Shown here: piece by piece, positions 20,827 to 31,636 of the stretch | Layout: each line of letters starts with the position of its first letter | Numbering within the stretch: position 1 is the stretch's first letter | Source of the DNA: Alphaproteobacteria bacterium | GTDB taxonomy: Bacteria > Pseudomonadota > Alphaproteobacteria > UBA2966 | Reading direction: 5' to 3' | DNA: 64,000 bases | NCBI GenBank assembly: GCA_964291395.2 | Contig: OZ219856.1 | Span: 1,024,001-1,088,000 of the forward strand | Notes under the pieces: model-generated | Database searches by the model: none | What the model saw: the letters and a program-made list of their open reading frames with translations, nothing else | Told to the model about the DNA's origin: nothing | Position numbers and translations under genes: made by a program

Positions 20827-22593
20827 TTAGGTCCCTCGGGCAATCCTCGCCCCGGGCGGCTCCACGCGGACGGTCACGATATCGGTGTCATGATATTGCT
20901 GGTGGCGAACTGACGCGGCCAGGTGACGCAACAGCCGCAGCGAGATCTCCCGCTCGATCATCGTGCCGGCGCTGGCCTCGCCCAGCAGTGCAATCCGGTC
21001 CTGAATGTTCTCCTCGCCTTTCGAGGCGACGAACTCCAGCACCGCTCCGCCGTCCTCGCTGTGCGCGGTGAGGAGGAGCCGCCGCCGCTCAGTGTCCGCA
21101 TCGGGCTCGTCCTGTTGCTGGAGCGTCAGCAGCGTCTCTTCGCAAACGGCATCGAGGCGGTCCACCATCTGCGCATCCCAGCCTCTTCGCGACGCGAACG
21201 CACCGATGAACGCCCGGATCTCGCGCAGAGCGGAGGGATCGAACTCCACTTCCAACCGGCTGCGGCGCGGCTTCATCAGCTCAACGAACACGGTCATGAC
21301 GATCGCCGCGATGCCTCCGGTCAGCATCCCGTTCTTCAGGAGAGTGCCGGCGAACGCCGAGACATGCTCGGCAAATATCGCCTCGCTCTGAAAGCCCACG
21401 CCGATCCAGAACGAGACCCCGGCGATCAGGCCTTTGCGATAGTCGATCCCGTCCTGAATGATCACCTTCATGCCGATGATGAAGATCGTCGCCATCGTGA
21501 CGCCGACGAACGCCGTGATGACCGGACCCGGTATCGCAAGGATCACGGCAAGCGCCTTGGGAACGAATGCCAGCACGATGAACGCCGCACCGAGCGCGAG
21601 GCCGATTCGGCGGGAGCTGATCCCGGTAATCTCGACCATCGACGCGCCCGTCGGCCGGAAGCCAAGCGGCATCGTGCCCGCCAGACCCGACAGCAGGTTG
21701 CCCGCCCCGTCGGCGGCCACGGCGCCCTGCACCGCCCGGAAATCCACCGCCCGGCTCCCGGCCCAGGATACGCGCTGGATGGCAACGGCGCCGCTGATGG
21801 TTTGAATCGTGCAGACCAGGGCGATGAACAAGAAGGCGGGAAGCAGCGCCCAGAAGTCGGGCCCGAAGCGCAGGTCCAGGGCTGACCATTCGGGCGTCGG
21901 AATACCGATCCACGAAGCGCGGACGATACGGTCCACGTCGTAGAGACCGAACACGCTTGCGACGATCGAGCCCGCGACGATTCCGATGACCGGCGCCCAC
22001 AGGCGCACCCGTCCCTTCGCCGTCAACGTGATGCCGGCGATGACGACCAGGGTCGTCACCGCGCTGAGCGGCGCGGCCAACGGCGGCGTGCCGCTCGGCA
22101 CATTCTTCAACTGGTCGAACATGACCGGCATGACGGTGACAGGCGTGAGCATGAGGACCGTCCCCGTCACGGTCGGCGTGAGGATGCGCCGGAACAGCGA
22201 GAGGCGTGCGGAAAAGACGAACTGGACCAGGGCGAGCGTAACGACCAGTGTCGCCAGCAACGCCGGGCCGCCGGCGGAGAGGGCGGCAATGCTGACCGCG
22301 ATGGCGGCCCCGGACGTTCCGATCGCGAGAATGTAGCCGGCGCCGAACCGGCCGATTCGCCGCGCCTGGAGCATCGCGGTCACACCGCAGAGCACGACCG
22401 AGGCGAACACCGCCCACAGCAGGACGTCCTCGGGCTGGTTGGCCGCCCGGAACACGACCGTCGGAATCATCACGGCGCCCGGCAGGACCAGGCAGGCGAT
22501 CTGCAGGGCGAGGCCCATGCTGAGCGGAACCGGGATCTTTGCGTCGGGATGACGCCGACTCTCTGAGCGCTGGTCGGACTCGTCGAGTCCCAT
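20827..22593 (-). CDS. NCS2/NAT nucleobase permease with a C-terminal soluble domain
   Basis: LALQ, TVTGTVLM, ADGAGNL, ITGISSR plus many TM segments; about 150-aa hydrophilic C-tail. Confidence 0.85.
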   Translation of the reverse strand: MGLDESDQRSESRRHPDAKIPVPLSMGLALQIACLVLPGAVMIPTVVFRAANQPEDVLLWAVFASVVLCGVTAMLQARRIGRFGAGYILAIGTSGAAIAVSIAALSAGGPALLATLVVTLALVQFVFSARLSLFRRILTPTVTGTVLMLTPVTVMPVMFDQLKNVPSGTPPLAAPLSAVTTLVVIAGITLTAKGRVRLWAPVIGIVAGSIVASVFGLYDVDRIVRASWIGIPTPEWSALDLRFGPDFWALLPAFLFIALVCTIQTISGAVAIQRVSWAGSRAVDFRAVQGAVAADGAGNLLSGLAGTMPLGFRPTGASMVEITGISSRRIGLALGAAFIVLAFVPKALAVILAIPGPVITAFVGVTMATIFIIGMKVIIQDGIDYRKGLIAGVSFWIGVGFQSEAIFAEHVSAFAGTLLKNGMLTGGIAAIVMTVFVELMKPRRSRLEVEFDPSALREIRAFIGAFASRRGWDAQMVDRLDAVCEETLLTLQQQDEPDADTERRRLLLTAHSEDGGAVLEFVASKGEENIQDRIALLGEASAGTMIEREISLRLLRHLAASVRHQQYHDTDIVTVRVEPPGARIARGT

Positions 22594-22815
22594 GTTCCGA
22601 TCCCTGTTGCCTGCGCAGGGCGCGGCGGCGACGACCTCGCCGGTGCGTCGGGCGACCTCGGCAAGCGGAACCAAACGCGCGGGCCGCCCGGTGCGGCGTG
22701 GCGACGCCTGGGGCGCCTCGCGAAGCCTCCCGCTGTTCGTCGAGGCGTTCTCGCACACGCGTTCGCCGCTCCCATTCAACAGCAAAGGCACATGTGAAGC
22801 AAAGGGGCGCTAGCC

Positions 22816-24132
22816 CTAGCCCAGGCCTGGAAGCCAGAGGCAGATCGCGGGCAGTGACAGGATGATCGCGAGTAGAACCACCGCGCTCAACACGAACGGC
22901 ACGACGCCTCTGAATGATTCGCCCAGCCGGGTGTTTCCGTCCAGTGCGTTGATCACGTAGACGTTGAGGCCGATGGGCGGCGTGATCAGGCCGATCTCGA
23001 CGGCGATCACGGCCAGAATGCCGAACCAGATGGCGATCTCCTCTTCCGTGTAGCCGAAGTCGAGTCCGGTCACCAACGGAAGGAAGACGGGGACCGTCAG
23101 CAGAATCATGGCGAGGCTGTCCATGACGCAACCGAGGATCAGGTAGACGACCACGATGCCGATCAGGATCGATATGGGTGGGAGGCCTGACCCCGCCAGC
23201 GCATCCGCCAGCGCGCTCGTGACCTGGGACAGCGCGAGGAAGCTGTTGAATATCTCGGCGCTGATCAGGATGAGGAAGATCATCGCGGTGGCCTGTGCGG
23301 TCTCGAGCAGGCTCGATACGAAGGCAGACCAGCTCAGCCGGCCGAAGGCGAGCGCGAACAGGGCTATCCCCGCGGCCCCGATCGCGGCCGCCTCGGTCGG
23401 GGTGAAGACGCCGAAATAGATCCCGCCGATGACCGAGAAGAAGATCACCGCGACCGGCCACACCGCGCCCAGGCTGCGGATGCGCGCGCGGTATGGCAGG
23501 GCCGGAACGGCCGGCCCCGACCCCGGCTCGAGCCGAACGTAGACGGCGATCGCGACCGCATAGCCGAGGGTTGCGATGAGTCCCGGAAACAGCGCGGCCA
23601 GGAAGAGCTTGCCGACCGACTGCTCGGTGATGACCGCGTAGATCACCAGGATCACGGACGGTGGTATCAGAATGCCAAGTGTTCCGCCAGCCGCCAGCGT
23701 GCCCGTGGCCAGCGCTCCCGAATATCCGTGGCGTCGCATTTCGGGCAGCGCCACCGAGGCCATTGTTGCTCCGGTCGCGATGGAGGATCCGCAGATTGAG
23801 CCGAACGCGGCGCACCCGAAGACGGTGGAGACGGCCAGTCCCCCGCGTCGATGGCCTACCCAGGCACGAGCAGAATCGAATAGCGATCGGCTGAGCCCGG
23901 ACCGTGTCGCCAGCTGCCCCATCAACAGGAACAGCGGCAGCACCGAAAGGGTGTAGCTCGATACCCGGCCGAACGGTGCGGTGTTTAGCAAGTTGAGGAA
24001 CGCAGGCCATCCCGCGAGCGAAGCGAAGCCGATGCCACCGACGACGAACATCGCCACCGCCACCGGCATCCTGAGAGCGATCAGCACCAGGCAAACCCCG
24101 AACAGGAGTCCGCCGAACTCGATACTGGTCAT
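22816..24132 (-). CDS. dctM: TRAP transporter large permease
   Basis: PLFLLMG, GSSIAT, GGTLGILIPPS, GVFTPTEA, GLITPPIG. Confidence 0.94.
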   Translation of the reverse strand: MTSIEFGGLLFGVCLVLIALRMPVAVAMFVVGGIGFASLAGWPAFLNLLNTAPFGRVSSYTLSVLPLFLLMGQLATRSGLSRSLFDSARAWVGHRRGGLAVSTVFGCAAFGSICGSSIATGATMASVALPEMRRHGYSGALATGTLAAGGTLGILIPPSVILVIYAVITEQSVGKLFLAALFPGLIATLGYAVAIAVYVRLEPGSGPAVPALPYRARIRSLGAVWPVAVIFFSVIGGIYFGVFTPTEAAAIGAAGIALFALAFGRLSWSAFVSSLLETAQATAMIFLILISAEIFNSFLALSQVTSALADALAGSGLPPISILIGIVVVYLILGCVMDSLAMILLTVPVFLPLVTGLDFGYTEEEIAIWFGILAVIAVEIGLITPPIGLNVYVINALDGNTRLGESFRGVVPFVLSAVVLLAIILSLPAICLWLPGLG

Positions 24133-24689
24133 CGTCTCAGGGCGTGTAGCTGGCGATAGACCACCAGGACGCAGACCGCCGTCAGCAATCCCGCTCCGGG
24201 CAGCGCGGAGAAGTAGGCCCAATGGATCGGAATGCCCAGGAACAGGGTCGTCTCCCCGTCCTCGAACTTGTGCATGCCGCCGACGAACAGGCGCCACGTG
24301 ATCAGGCCGGCAACCAGCGTGAAGACGATGTTGTGAACCGTGCCCAGCGCCGTCTTGTGACGCGTAGGCAATCTGCCGGTAAAGAACTCCACGACGATGT
24401 TGCCGCTCCTGGCGTGGCAGTATGGGAAGAAGGCGAACACCGCGATGCCGCAGGCAAGCTCGGTGAGCTCGTAATCGCCGGGGATCGGAGCGTTGAAGAG
24501 ATAGCGCCCGAGAACGCTGATCACGGTCATCAACACGACCCCGATCAGCAGCAAGCCACCGGCGATCGCAACTACTCGGGCCAGCCGCTCCAGGCGGGCT
24601 CCAATGTCGTGACCTGCCAAATATGGGGCCGGGCCGCGCGCCGTATCGCCCGCCTCCTGGTCCCCTCCCGGCTTACCGCTGGAGCTCAT
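24129..24689 (-). CDS. dctQ: TRAP transporter small permease
   Basis: Four TM segments, VLGRY...G..ELTE, located between dctP and dctM. Confidence 0.9.
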   Translation of the reverse strand: MSSSGKPGGDQEAGDTARGPAPYLAGHDIGARLERLARVVAIAGGLLLIGVVLMTVISVLGRYLFNAPIPGDYELTELACGIAVFAFFPYCHARSGNIVVEFFTGRLPTRHKTALGTVHNIVFTLVAGLITWRLFVGGMHKFEDGETTLFLGIPIHWAYFSALPGAGLLTAVCVLVVYRQLHALRR

Positions 24690-25722
24690 CGCCGTACTTG
24701 GCGACGAGACGCCTTGCGTCGGCGAGCATGGCCTTCCCGTCGTGCCCCATGGCGTTGACCTTCTCCACCCAGCCGTCGATCACAGGCTGCGTGGCCGTCC
24801 TCCACCGCTCACGCTCCGCTTCCGCCAGCGGAAATATCGAATGGCCTTGCTCCAGCGCGATCGCGCGGCCCGGCTTCTCGTCGTCCTGCCACAGGCGGCC
24901 GAGGCGTTTGGCTAGTGCTATTCCCGAGGTCTCGTCGATAGTCGTCCGGATGTCTGCCGGCAATCCATCGTAGCGCGCCTTGTTCATGGTCATCAGGAAG
25001 AGGACGCAGGAGAGGGAAACCTCGGTGTGGTATCGCGTCACTTCGTGCAGGCGGAAGGGCCGCATGATGGTCCACGGGATCCAGGCGCCTTCCACCACGC
25101 CTCGCGAGAGCGCCTCATAGACCTTCGGGATGGGCATGCCGATCGGCACGGCGCCGAGCGCCTTCAGCATTGCCGCGCTGGCCCGCGATGGAGCACGCAT
25201 CTTCAACCCTTCGAGGTCTTCGAGCGTGCGGACCTCCCGGTCGGCGGTATGAATATGGCCGGGCGCTGCGGCATGAAACACCAGGGGATGGGTATCCTTG
25301 TACTCATCCTGCAACCAGGTCCGGTAGAACTCGTTCAAGGCTTGGCTAGTCGCCTCCGCGTCCGCGCAGATGAAGGGTAGCTCGAACGCTTCGGTCAGCG
25401 GAAACCGCCCCGCCGAGTAGCCGGGCAAGGTCCAGATGATATCGACCACGCCGTCGCGGGCCTGCCCGTAGAGATCGGATGGCTTGCCGCCGAGCTGCAT
25501 CGCCGGAAACACCTGCACCTCGACCCGGCCCTCGGTTCTCTCCTCGATCTCCGCGGCCCACGGCTGCAAGAACAACCGAACCGCGATCGACTTGGGTGAG
25601 TTGAACGTGTGCAGCCGAAGCGTGATCGGCTCCGCGCCAACGCCGTTCGAAAGTGCACAAAATATTGCCACAACCAAGGAGGGGAGCAGCGCATAGACGA
25701 TAGTTCCGCGAATTACGCCCAT
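24673..25722 (-). CDS. dctP: TRAP transporter substrate-binding protein
   Basis: Signal peptide; FPAMQLGG, GLKMR, YEALSRGVV. Confidence 0.93.
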   Translation of the reverse strand: MGVIRGTIVYALLPSLVVAIFCALSNGVGAEPITLRLHTFNSPKSIAVRLFLQPWAAEIEERTEGRVEVQVFPAMQLGGKPSDLYGQARDGVVDIIWTLPGYSAGRFPLTEAFELPFICADAEATSQALNEFYRTWLQDEYKDTHPLVFHAAAPGHIHTADREVRTLEDLEGLKMRAPSRASAAMLKALGAVPIGMPIPKVYEALSRGVVEGAWIPWTIMRPFRLHEVTRYHTEVSLSCVLFLMTMNKARYDGLPADIRTTIDETSGIALAKRLGRLWQDDEKPGRAIALEQGHSIFPLAEAERERWRTATQPVIDGWVEKVNAMGHDGKAMLADARRLVAKYGDELQR

Positions 25723-26531
25723 CGGTTACCTCCCTTGAGACCTGTGATCGGAACCGAGATCCCTCAAACGACCTGGCGCCGAAGGCGAGCGCCGTCTCAA
25801 CGGCTTCGACGACCGCGTCTGCTTATGCTGCAGTGATACGCGACGTCCGTCCAGGACGCTAGCCTGCGCCGTCCGCCCGCGCCTGCCGCGACGACTTGAT
25901 GCGATCCATCAGCGCGGACAGAACCAGCGTGGCCACTTGCCCCGGCGGTGCCGAGGCCGACAAGTCCTTCGAGTTCACCATGCCGATGGACCTCGCCATG
26001 CACATGGCAAGCACTATCCAGAAGCTGGCAGGTCCGTCCGGTGTCCGGAGCACGGCCGGGCGCGGCGCGCGGCCGTAATCCTGGGGAGGCTTACATGGAC
26101 GGGCGCCCGAGGGCGTCCGGGGCGTTGCAAACAAACACGAGCGTATGAAAGCCTCGCCTGCTCGCCCGGGCACGGGGAGCTACCCCTTGGCGGCTGCCGG
26201 GCGCAGGGGGGAATTCCCGCTCCTCGTTCCATAACCCAGGGGTGGATCGATCAAACGGGTAAGGATCGTTCAGGGGGACTGATTTGATGCGTCTGAAGAT
26301 TCCGGGAATGATCGCCGGAATGAACTGCCAGATAATGTGAATTTCGAACGTCGATTGGTCTTGGGAGAAGGGAACGAACCTGATGGAACTCCAGCGAGCG
26401 CTAGGTGGGCGGCGTGTGCTGTTGCCGGTCATGGCGGAGTTTACCTGGCAAGTGACTCGGACCGCCGCTGACTGATGGGGCTATCGCTCGTCATGGCATC
26501 TTGGCGCGATCGATTCAGAAGAAGGGGACAA

Positions 26532-27040
26532 TGATGCTTTCAACAAGGATGACAGCGGCCGTTCTGGCCTTCGCCGCCGCGGGTTTCGTATTCGAGGCTC
26601 GGACCGTGGCTGCCGGGGAGAGCGGCACCTTCCGGATGCTTGTGAGCGGTATCACGGACTACACCACGATCGATCACGCCGGCGCGAAGATCACCGGCGG
26701 TGATCTCACGGGGACGGTGTCCGTGATCCGGAGCAGCGGTGGAGCCTTCCCCGAGGGCACGTCTTACGTCACGACGTGTGTGGTTTATGCGGAGATATCG
26801 GAGACCGCCACGGATCTCCGGGGCGCCTGCACGATGACCGATGCCTCCGGCGACAGCTGGTATGCGCTGCCGACGAGAAAGGCCGGCGGTATCGAGGATG
26901 GCGGCGGCGGCAAGGGCCGGTGGGAACTGTCGGGCGGGCCCGGCAAATATGCCGGCATAAGCGGCAGCTGCCCCTACGAGACGAAGTACCTGCCGGGCAA
27001 CTATCTGATCTCGATGACGGAGTGCTCCTGGAAAAGGTAG
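26532..27040 (+). CDS. secreted hypothetical protein, beta-rich
   Basis: AAGGGGA RBS, signal peptide, GGPGKYAGISG motif, four Cys. Confidence 0.7.
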
Positions 27041-27119
27041 AACCGCGGATGCAGGCTTGATAGGTAGCGCGGCATGATGCACCGGCTACCTGGTTAAGTT
27101 TCGGTGAGCGGCCTCCCTG

Positions 27120-28037
27120 TCATGCGGTGATCCCGTTGTCGGTGAGGAAGGCGTCGAACAGGGCAAAGCACCGTTCCGGCTCCTCCAGCTGCAGGAGGTG
27201 GCTGGTATCGGGCACGACGGTGTAATCGATGCCGAACGTCTCGCAGAACAGCGCGCAACAGCGCGCGGTCTTCGCCGCGTCGTCGGCCTCCGGATCGGAG
27301 CCGACGATCAGGAGCGGGCGCGAAGGCGGCACGGGCTGCCGCCAGATCGGCAGCTCGGCGACCTCGGTATAGAGACCGGCCTCCACTGGGCCTGGGCAGC
27401 AGAGCAGCCATTCTCCGCTCGATCGATCAAAGCGCAGCACCGAGCGCGCGTTCAGTTCCGCCACTCCCTTCCGCAGGCGTCGGAACCGGGGCCAGTGACG
27501 GAAGACGTCGGCCAGCTCCTCGGGGTCAGCGAACCGGTTCTGGCGGATCATGGCGGCGTCGCGCAGCACCTCGCCTGAGGTCATCAGCGGGGCACGCAGC
27601 GGATTGCCTTCCGGCGGGACCACCGGTGGGTCGAAAAGCACCAGTGCATCCCAGTGCCACACGCCGTCGACGACCGCGAGCAGAGCTGCGATCGATGACA
27701 TCGAATGGAAGACGCCGATCGTGGTCTTCTCACCCCATTCCTCGGCGATTGCGCCATGCACCGCCGCATTGTCGCGTGCGAAACGGACATAGTGATGCTG
27801 CTCGGCCGCGTGGAACGCGTTGCGTCCGCAGTTGCGGAAATCGAACAGGACGACGTCGAAGCGCTCCAGCATGTACCGCCAGAACGGAAAGTAGGAATCG
27901 CTCGTGAAGCCATTGCCGTGGCTCAGCACCACGCGCGGCCCGGATGGTTTACCGTGGCGCACGACGCGTATGGGCGCGCCGTCGTCCATCGCGAGGTCGA
28001 GGGTTGCGGTGGGCTCGGGCAGGACGAACCCGGTCAT
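27120..28037 (-). CDS. alpha/beta hydrolase
   Basis: SHGNGF, FDFRNCG, FHSMS elbow, SHLLQLE. Confidence 0.88.
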   Translation of the reverse strand: MTGFVLPEPTATLDLAMDDGAPIRVVRHGKPSGPRVVLSHGNGFTSDSYFPFWRYMLERFDVVLFDFRNCGRNAFHAAEQHHYVRFARDNAAVHGAIAEEWGEKTTIGVFHSMSSIAALLAVVDGVWHWDALVLFDPPVVPPEGNPLRAPLMTSGEVLRDAAMIRQNRFADPEELADVFRHWPRFRRLRKGVAELNARSVLRFDRSSGEWLLCCPGPVEAGLYTEVAELPIWRQPVPPSRPLLIVGSDPEADDAAKTARCCALFCETFGIDYTVVPDTSHLLQLEEPERCFALFDAFLTDNGITA

Positions 28038-28139
28038 CCCTTGCCGAGCTTCCACGGCAGAACATGACGGACTCTTCACTTGTCGGTGTCTCCTGTTTTG
28101 GCTTTTTGCCGCGTGGACACGCGACGGCTTCCTCTACGG

Positions 28140-28330
28140 CCGGCGACAACAGCCGCCTGCATGCGGCACCAGCCATAGGCTTCGAATTCGTCCTTGATCG
28201 CGTGCATGGTCCCGACCGGCGCGGTGTCGTCGGCAGAACCCTTCGGCTTGTCGTAGTAGGTGGGGCGCGCGATCCCCATCAGTCGGCATCCTTCGGCGAC
28301 GGAGAGGCCTTGGGGCCGGCGATGACGGAC
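28140..28330 (-). mobile_element. IS3-family transposase OrfB remnant
   Basis: LSVAEGCRLMGIARPTYY...IKDEFEAYGWCRM, the IS3 HTH region; no DDE domain follows. Confidence 0.75.
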
Positions 28331-28767
28331 ATGGGCGTCGATCCTTCGAATGCCCGGCGCACCGGTCAAATCATTTCAATCAACCTGTCCGACCCCGGGG
28401 GCCCATTCCACCACCCTTAAGAACTTACGCGCGAAATGACGGCCTTAGAGATCCCCTGCCTCGCCAGCTAGCATAATTCCTATCGCTAGTGAAACCGGTG
28501 TCCAGATAGATGGTGCTAGTCTTGGCGATATCATATGGCCAAACTCTCCTTCTGCGAATTACCCCCATCCCTAACGCCGCGCCTGACCTCATCCAGCGGC
28601 CTCTCAGACCGATCGGGGTACGAACGTCAGTCCCGGATGGACAACCTATTGAGAGATCACATCTAGCGGGTCTCAACCCCGTCGAGTCGCCTTTCACAAT
28701 TGAGTTCATCACAGTACCTTCGTCGACGCAGCAAGGGACACGGATGGTCGGGCGGAAACGGCTGACG

Positions 28768-30075
28768 ATGATGAGCGCCGAACGGAATGAATTGATCACC
28801 CGGACCGGCTCGGAGAGCGCCGCCGGGGCGGTGCTTCGCCGCTATTGGCAGCCGGTCGCCTTGACCGAGGAGCTGGAAGGCGAACGGCCTCTACGCGCGG
28901 TCCGCCTGCTCGGCGAGGACCTGGTGCTGTACCGGGACGAGGATGGCCGCCATGGTTTGCTGGGCCGGCACTGCAGCCACCGAGGGGCTGACCTCGCGTA
29001 CGGTCGGCTGGAGGACGGAGGCCTTCGCTGCGCCTTCCACGGATGGTTGTTCGATGCCGCGGGCGCGTGCCTTGAACAGCCCGCCGAGCCGGAAGGCAGC
29101 ACGCTCCGCGATCGCATCCGGCACAAGGCGTATCCCTGCGTGGAGAAGAACGGCGTGATCTTCGCGTTCCTCGGCGCTGGAGATCCTCCCCCATTTGCCG
29201 GACTGGACTGTTTTTCCGCACCCGACGCCTACACGTTCGCCTTCAAGGGTCTCGTCGATTGCAACTGGCTCCAGTTGCTGGAGGTCGGGATCGATCCGGC
29301 GCACGCGTCGTTTCTGCACCGCTTTGAAGAGGACGAGGAGGCGGAGAAGGGATATGGGCTCCAGTTCCGGGACGATGTGGCCGATAGCGGACTCGAGATG
29401 ACGCGGGTCATGCGGCAGTCGTGCAGGCCAGAGATCCACGTCGACGAGACGGACTACGGGTTACGCCTCATCACCCTTCGCGATCTCGACGACCGGAGCC
29501 TGCACGTCCGGGTCACGAATCTTCTGTTTCCGAACGCGATCGCCATTCCCATGAGCGACGAGATGACGATCACGCAGTGGCACGTGCCCTTGGACGACAC
29601 GACATCCTACTGGTATGCGATGTTCACGAGTTTCGGGGACCGAGTGGACAAACGACGCATGCGGGAGCAGCGGTTGGAGCTCTATGAATTGCCCGACTAC
29701 CGGCCCCGCATCAACAGGTCCAACAACTATGGATACGACCCGCTGGAGCAGGCCACAAGCACATTCACGGGCATGGGGTACGACATCAACGTCCACGACC
29801 AGTGGGCCTGTGAGTCGATGGGGGCGATTCAAGACCGGACGCAGGAGAATCTTGGGACGACCGACGTCGCCATCGCGGCCTATCGGCGGATGCTGCGCGA
29901 AGCCATCGACGAGGCACGGAAGGGTTCCGGCGCCCTGCCCATGGCGGGGACCGGCGACGATCTGGCAGCCGTCAATCCGGTGACGATCGACGCCGTGGCT
30001 CCGCGCGACCACTGGGAAGGCAGCTGGGAGGCGCGGGACCGGGCCCGCCGGGATCGATGCGTCTGGGCCGCCTAG
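28768..30075 (+). CDS. Rieske non-heme iron aromatic oxygenase alpha subunit (phthalate 4,5-dioxygenase/LigX-like)
   Basis: RRYWQP, CSHRG..CAFHG Rieske motif, E..D..H....H iron site. Confidence 0.93.
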   Translation: MMSAERNELITRTGSESAAGAVLRRYWQPVALTEELEGERPLRAVRLLGEDLVLYRDEDGRHGLLGRHCSHRGADLAYGRLEDGGLRCAFHGWLFDAAGACLEQPAEPEGSTLRDRIRHKAYPCVEKNGVIFAFLGAGDPPPFAGLDCFSAPDAYTFAFKGLVDCNWLQLLEVGIDPAHASFLHRFEEDEEAEKGYGLQFRDDVADSGLEMTRVMRQSCRPEIHVDETDYGLRLITLRDLDDRSLHVRVTNLLFPNAIAIPMSDEMTITQWHVPLDDTTSYWYAMFTSFGDRVDKRRMREQRLELYELPDYRPRINRSNNYGYDPLEQATSTFTGMGYDINVHDQWACESMGAIQDRTQENLGTTDVAIAAYRRMLREAIDEARKGSGALPMAGTGDDLAAVNPVTIDAVAPRDHWEGSWEARDRARRDRCVWAA

Positions 30076-30152
30076 AGGCGGTTCAAGCCCAGCTTGAACC
30101 ACTATGGCCGTCTTGCAGCACTGATTTTCTGAACACCGGCATCGAGGTATGA

Positions 30153-31619
30153 ATGGCCAATCCCAAGGGAAGCATGGGACGCGCCGACTTCATCGATCGC
30201 CACGGGCTGTGGCGCGATGAACAGGCGGACGCGGCGCGGCGGGTCAGAAGCATCGTCGACGACAAGGCGCTCGAACTGGTGCGCCTCTCCTTCGCCGATC
30301 AACACGGTATCCTGAGGGGCAAGAGCGTCGTGGCGTCCGAGGTCGATCAGGCTTTCTCGGACGGCTGCACCATGACCACGACCTTGCTGTTCAAGGACAC
30401 CTCTCATCGCACCGTTTATTCGGTGTGGGAGCCGGCGGCCGGTATCGGTCGGACGGAGCTGGCAGGGGCCTGCGACTTCATCCTGGTTCCGGACCCGGGC
30501 ACCTTTTGCGTTCTACCCTGGGCCGAACGGACCGGGTGGATGCTGTGTGACATCTATCATCCCGACGGACGCCCGGTGCCGTATGCCACACGCCAGATCG
30601 GACGCGACGCTGTGTCGCGCCTCGCCGAGGCGGGATTTGACTACTTGTGCGGGCTCGAAGTGGAGTTCCACGTCCTCAAGCTGGTGGACCCCAAGCTTCT
30701 GCCCGGCCAGGCAGGCCAGCCCGGCGAGCCGCCGGAGGTGAGCCTTCTCACCCATGGCTATCAATACCTGACCGAGTTCCGGATGGACGAGTTGGAGCCG
30801 GTGCTCGAAATCATCCGCCGAGGCATCCTGGAGCTGGGGCTGCCGCTGCGTTCCATCGAGGTGGAGTACGGTCCCAGCCAGTGCGAGTTCACGTTCCAGC
30901 CGGCGTTCGGGATCGAGAGCGCCGACAACATGGTGCTGTTCCGCAGCGCCGTAAAACAGATCTGCCGGCGCCACGGCTACCACGGCACGTTCATGTGTCG
31001 GCCCAAGGTCAAAGACCTGTTCTCAAGCGGCTGGCACCTCCACCAGTCGCTCCGCGACCGGCAGACGAACGAGAACGCCTTCACGCCGAAGGAGAGGGGT
31101 GACATCCTGTCGCCCACGGGCTGTCGGTATGTCGCCGGCCTGCTCGATCACGCGGCGGCATCCTGTGTCTTCACCACACCGACCATCAACGGGTACAAGC
31201 GCTACCAACCGTATTCCCTGGCGCCGGAACGAGCGCTTTGGGCTCATGACAACAAGGGCGCCATGGTGCGGGCCCTGGGCGGCGCAGGCGATCCGGGCTC
31301 TCGGATCGAGAACCGGGTCGGCGAGCCGGCGGCCAATCCCTATCTCTATCTCGCCTCGCAGATCCATTCCGGTCTCGACGGGATCGAGCGATCGCTTGAG
31401 CCGCCGCCCCCGGACGACGCGCCCTATGCGTCCGACGCGCCGCGCCTGCCCGAGAGCCTGATTGAGGCGCTGGCGGCGTTGCGGGCGAGCGATCTGTTCC
31501 GGTCGGCGATGGGGGACGAGTTCGTGGACTACATTCTGACCATCAAGCAGGCGGAAGTATCGCGGTTCCTGTCGGAGGTCACGGACTGGGAACAGCGCGA
31601 ATATTTCGAGATTTTCTGA
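30153..31619 (+). CDS. glutamine synthetase-like gamma-glutamyl ligase
   Basis: DQHGILRGK, LEVEFH, EYGPSQCE, SGWHLHQS, RIENR. Confidence 0.92.
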   Translation: MANPKGSMGRADFIDRHGLWRDEQADAARRVRSIVDDKALELVRLSFADQHGILRGKSVVASEVDQAFSDGCTMTTTLLFKDTSHRTVYSVWEPAAGIGRTELAGACDFILVPDPGTFCVLPWAERTGWMLCDIYHPDGRPVPYATRQIGRDAVSRLAEAGFDYLCGLEVEFHVLKLVDPKLLPGQAGQPGEPPEVSLLTHGYQYLTEFRMDELEPVLEIIRRGILELGLPLRSIEVEYGPSQCEFTFQPAFGIESADNMVLFRSAVKQICRRHGYHGTFMCRPKVKDLFSSGWHLHQSLRDRQTNENAFTPKERGDILSPTGCRYVAGLLDHAAASCVFTTPTINGYKRYQPYSLAPERALWAHDNKGAMVRALGGAGDPGSRIENRVGEPAANPYLYLASQIHSGLDGIERSLEPPPPDDAPYASDAPRLPESLIEALAALRASDLFRSAMGDEFVDYILTIKQAEVSRFLSEVTDWEQREYFEIF

Positions 31620-31636
31620 TCGCCGCCCGGCTTCTC

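Noticed and set aside
13011-26113. 17-bp match GGACGGGCGCCCGAGGG at 13011 and 26097
   Set aside because: A single GC-rich match with divergent flanks; plausible by chance.
25750-26500. Small ORFs or a riboswitch upstream of dctP
   Set aside because: No motif or RNA family could be recognised by eye; it needs an Rfam or BLASTx search.
30153-31619. Housekeeping glnA
   Set aside because: It is paired with a Rieske oxygenase, lacks glnB/ntr context and has the features of a gamma-glutamyl ligase paralog.
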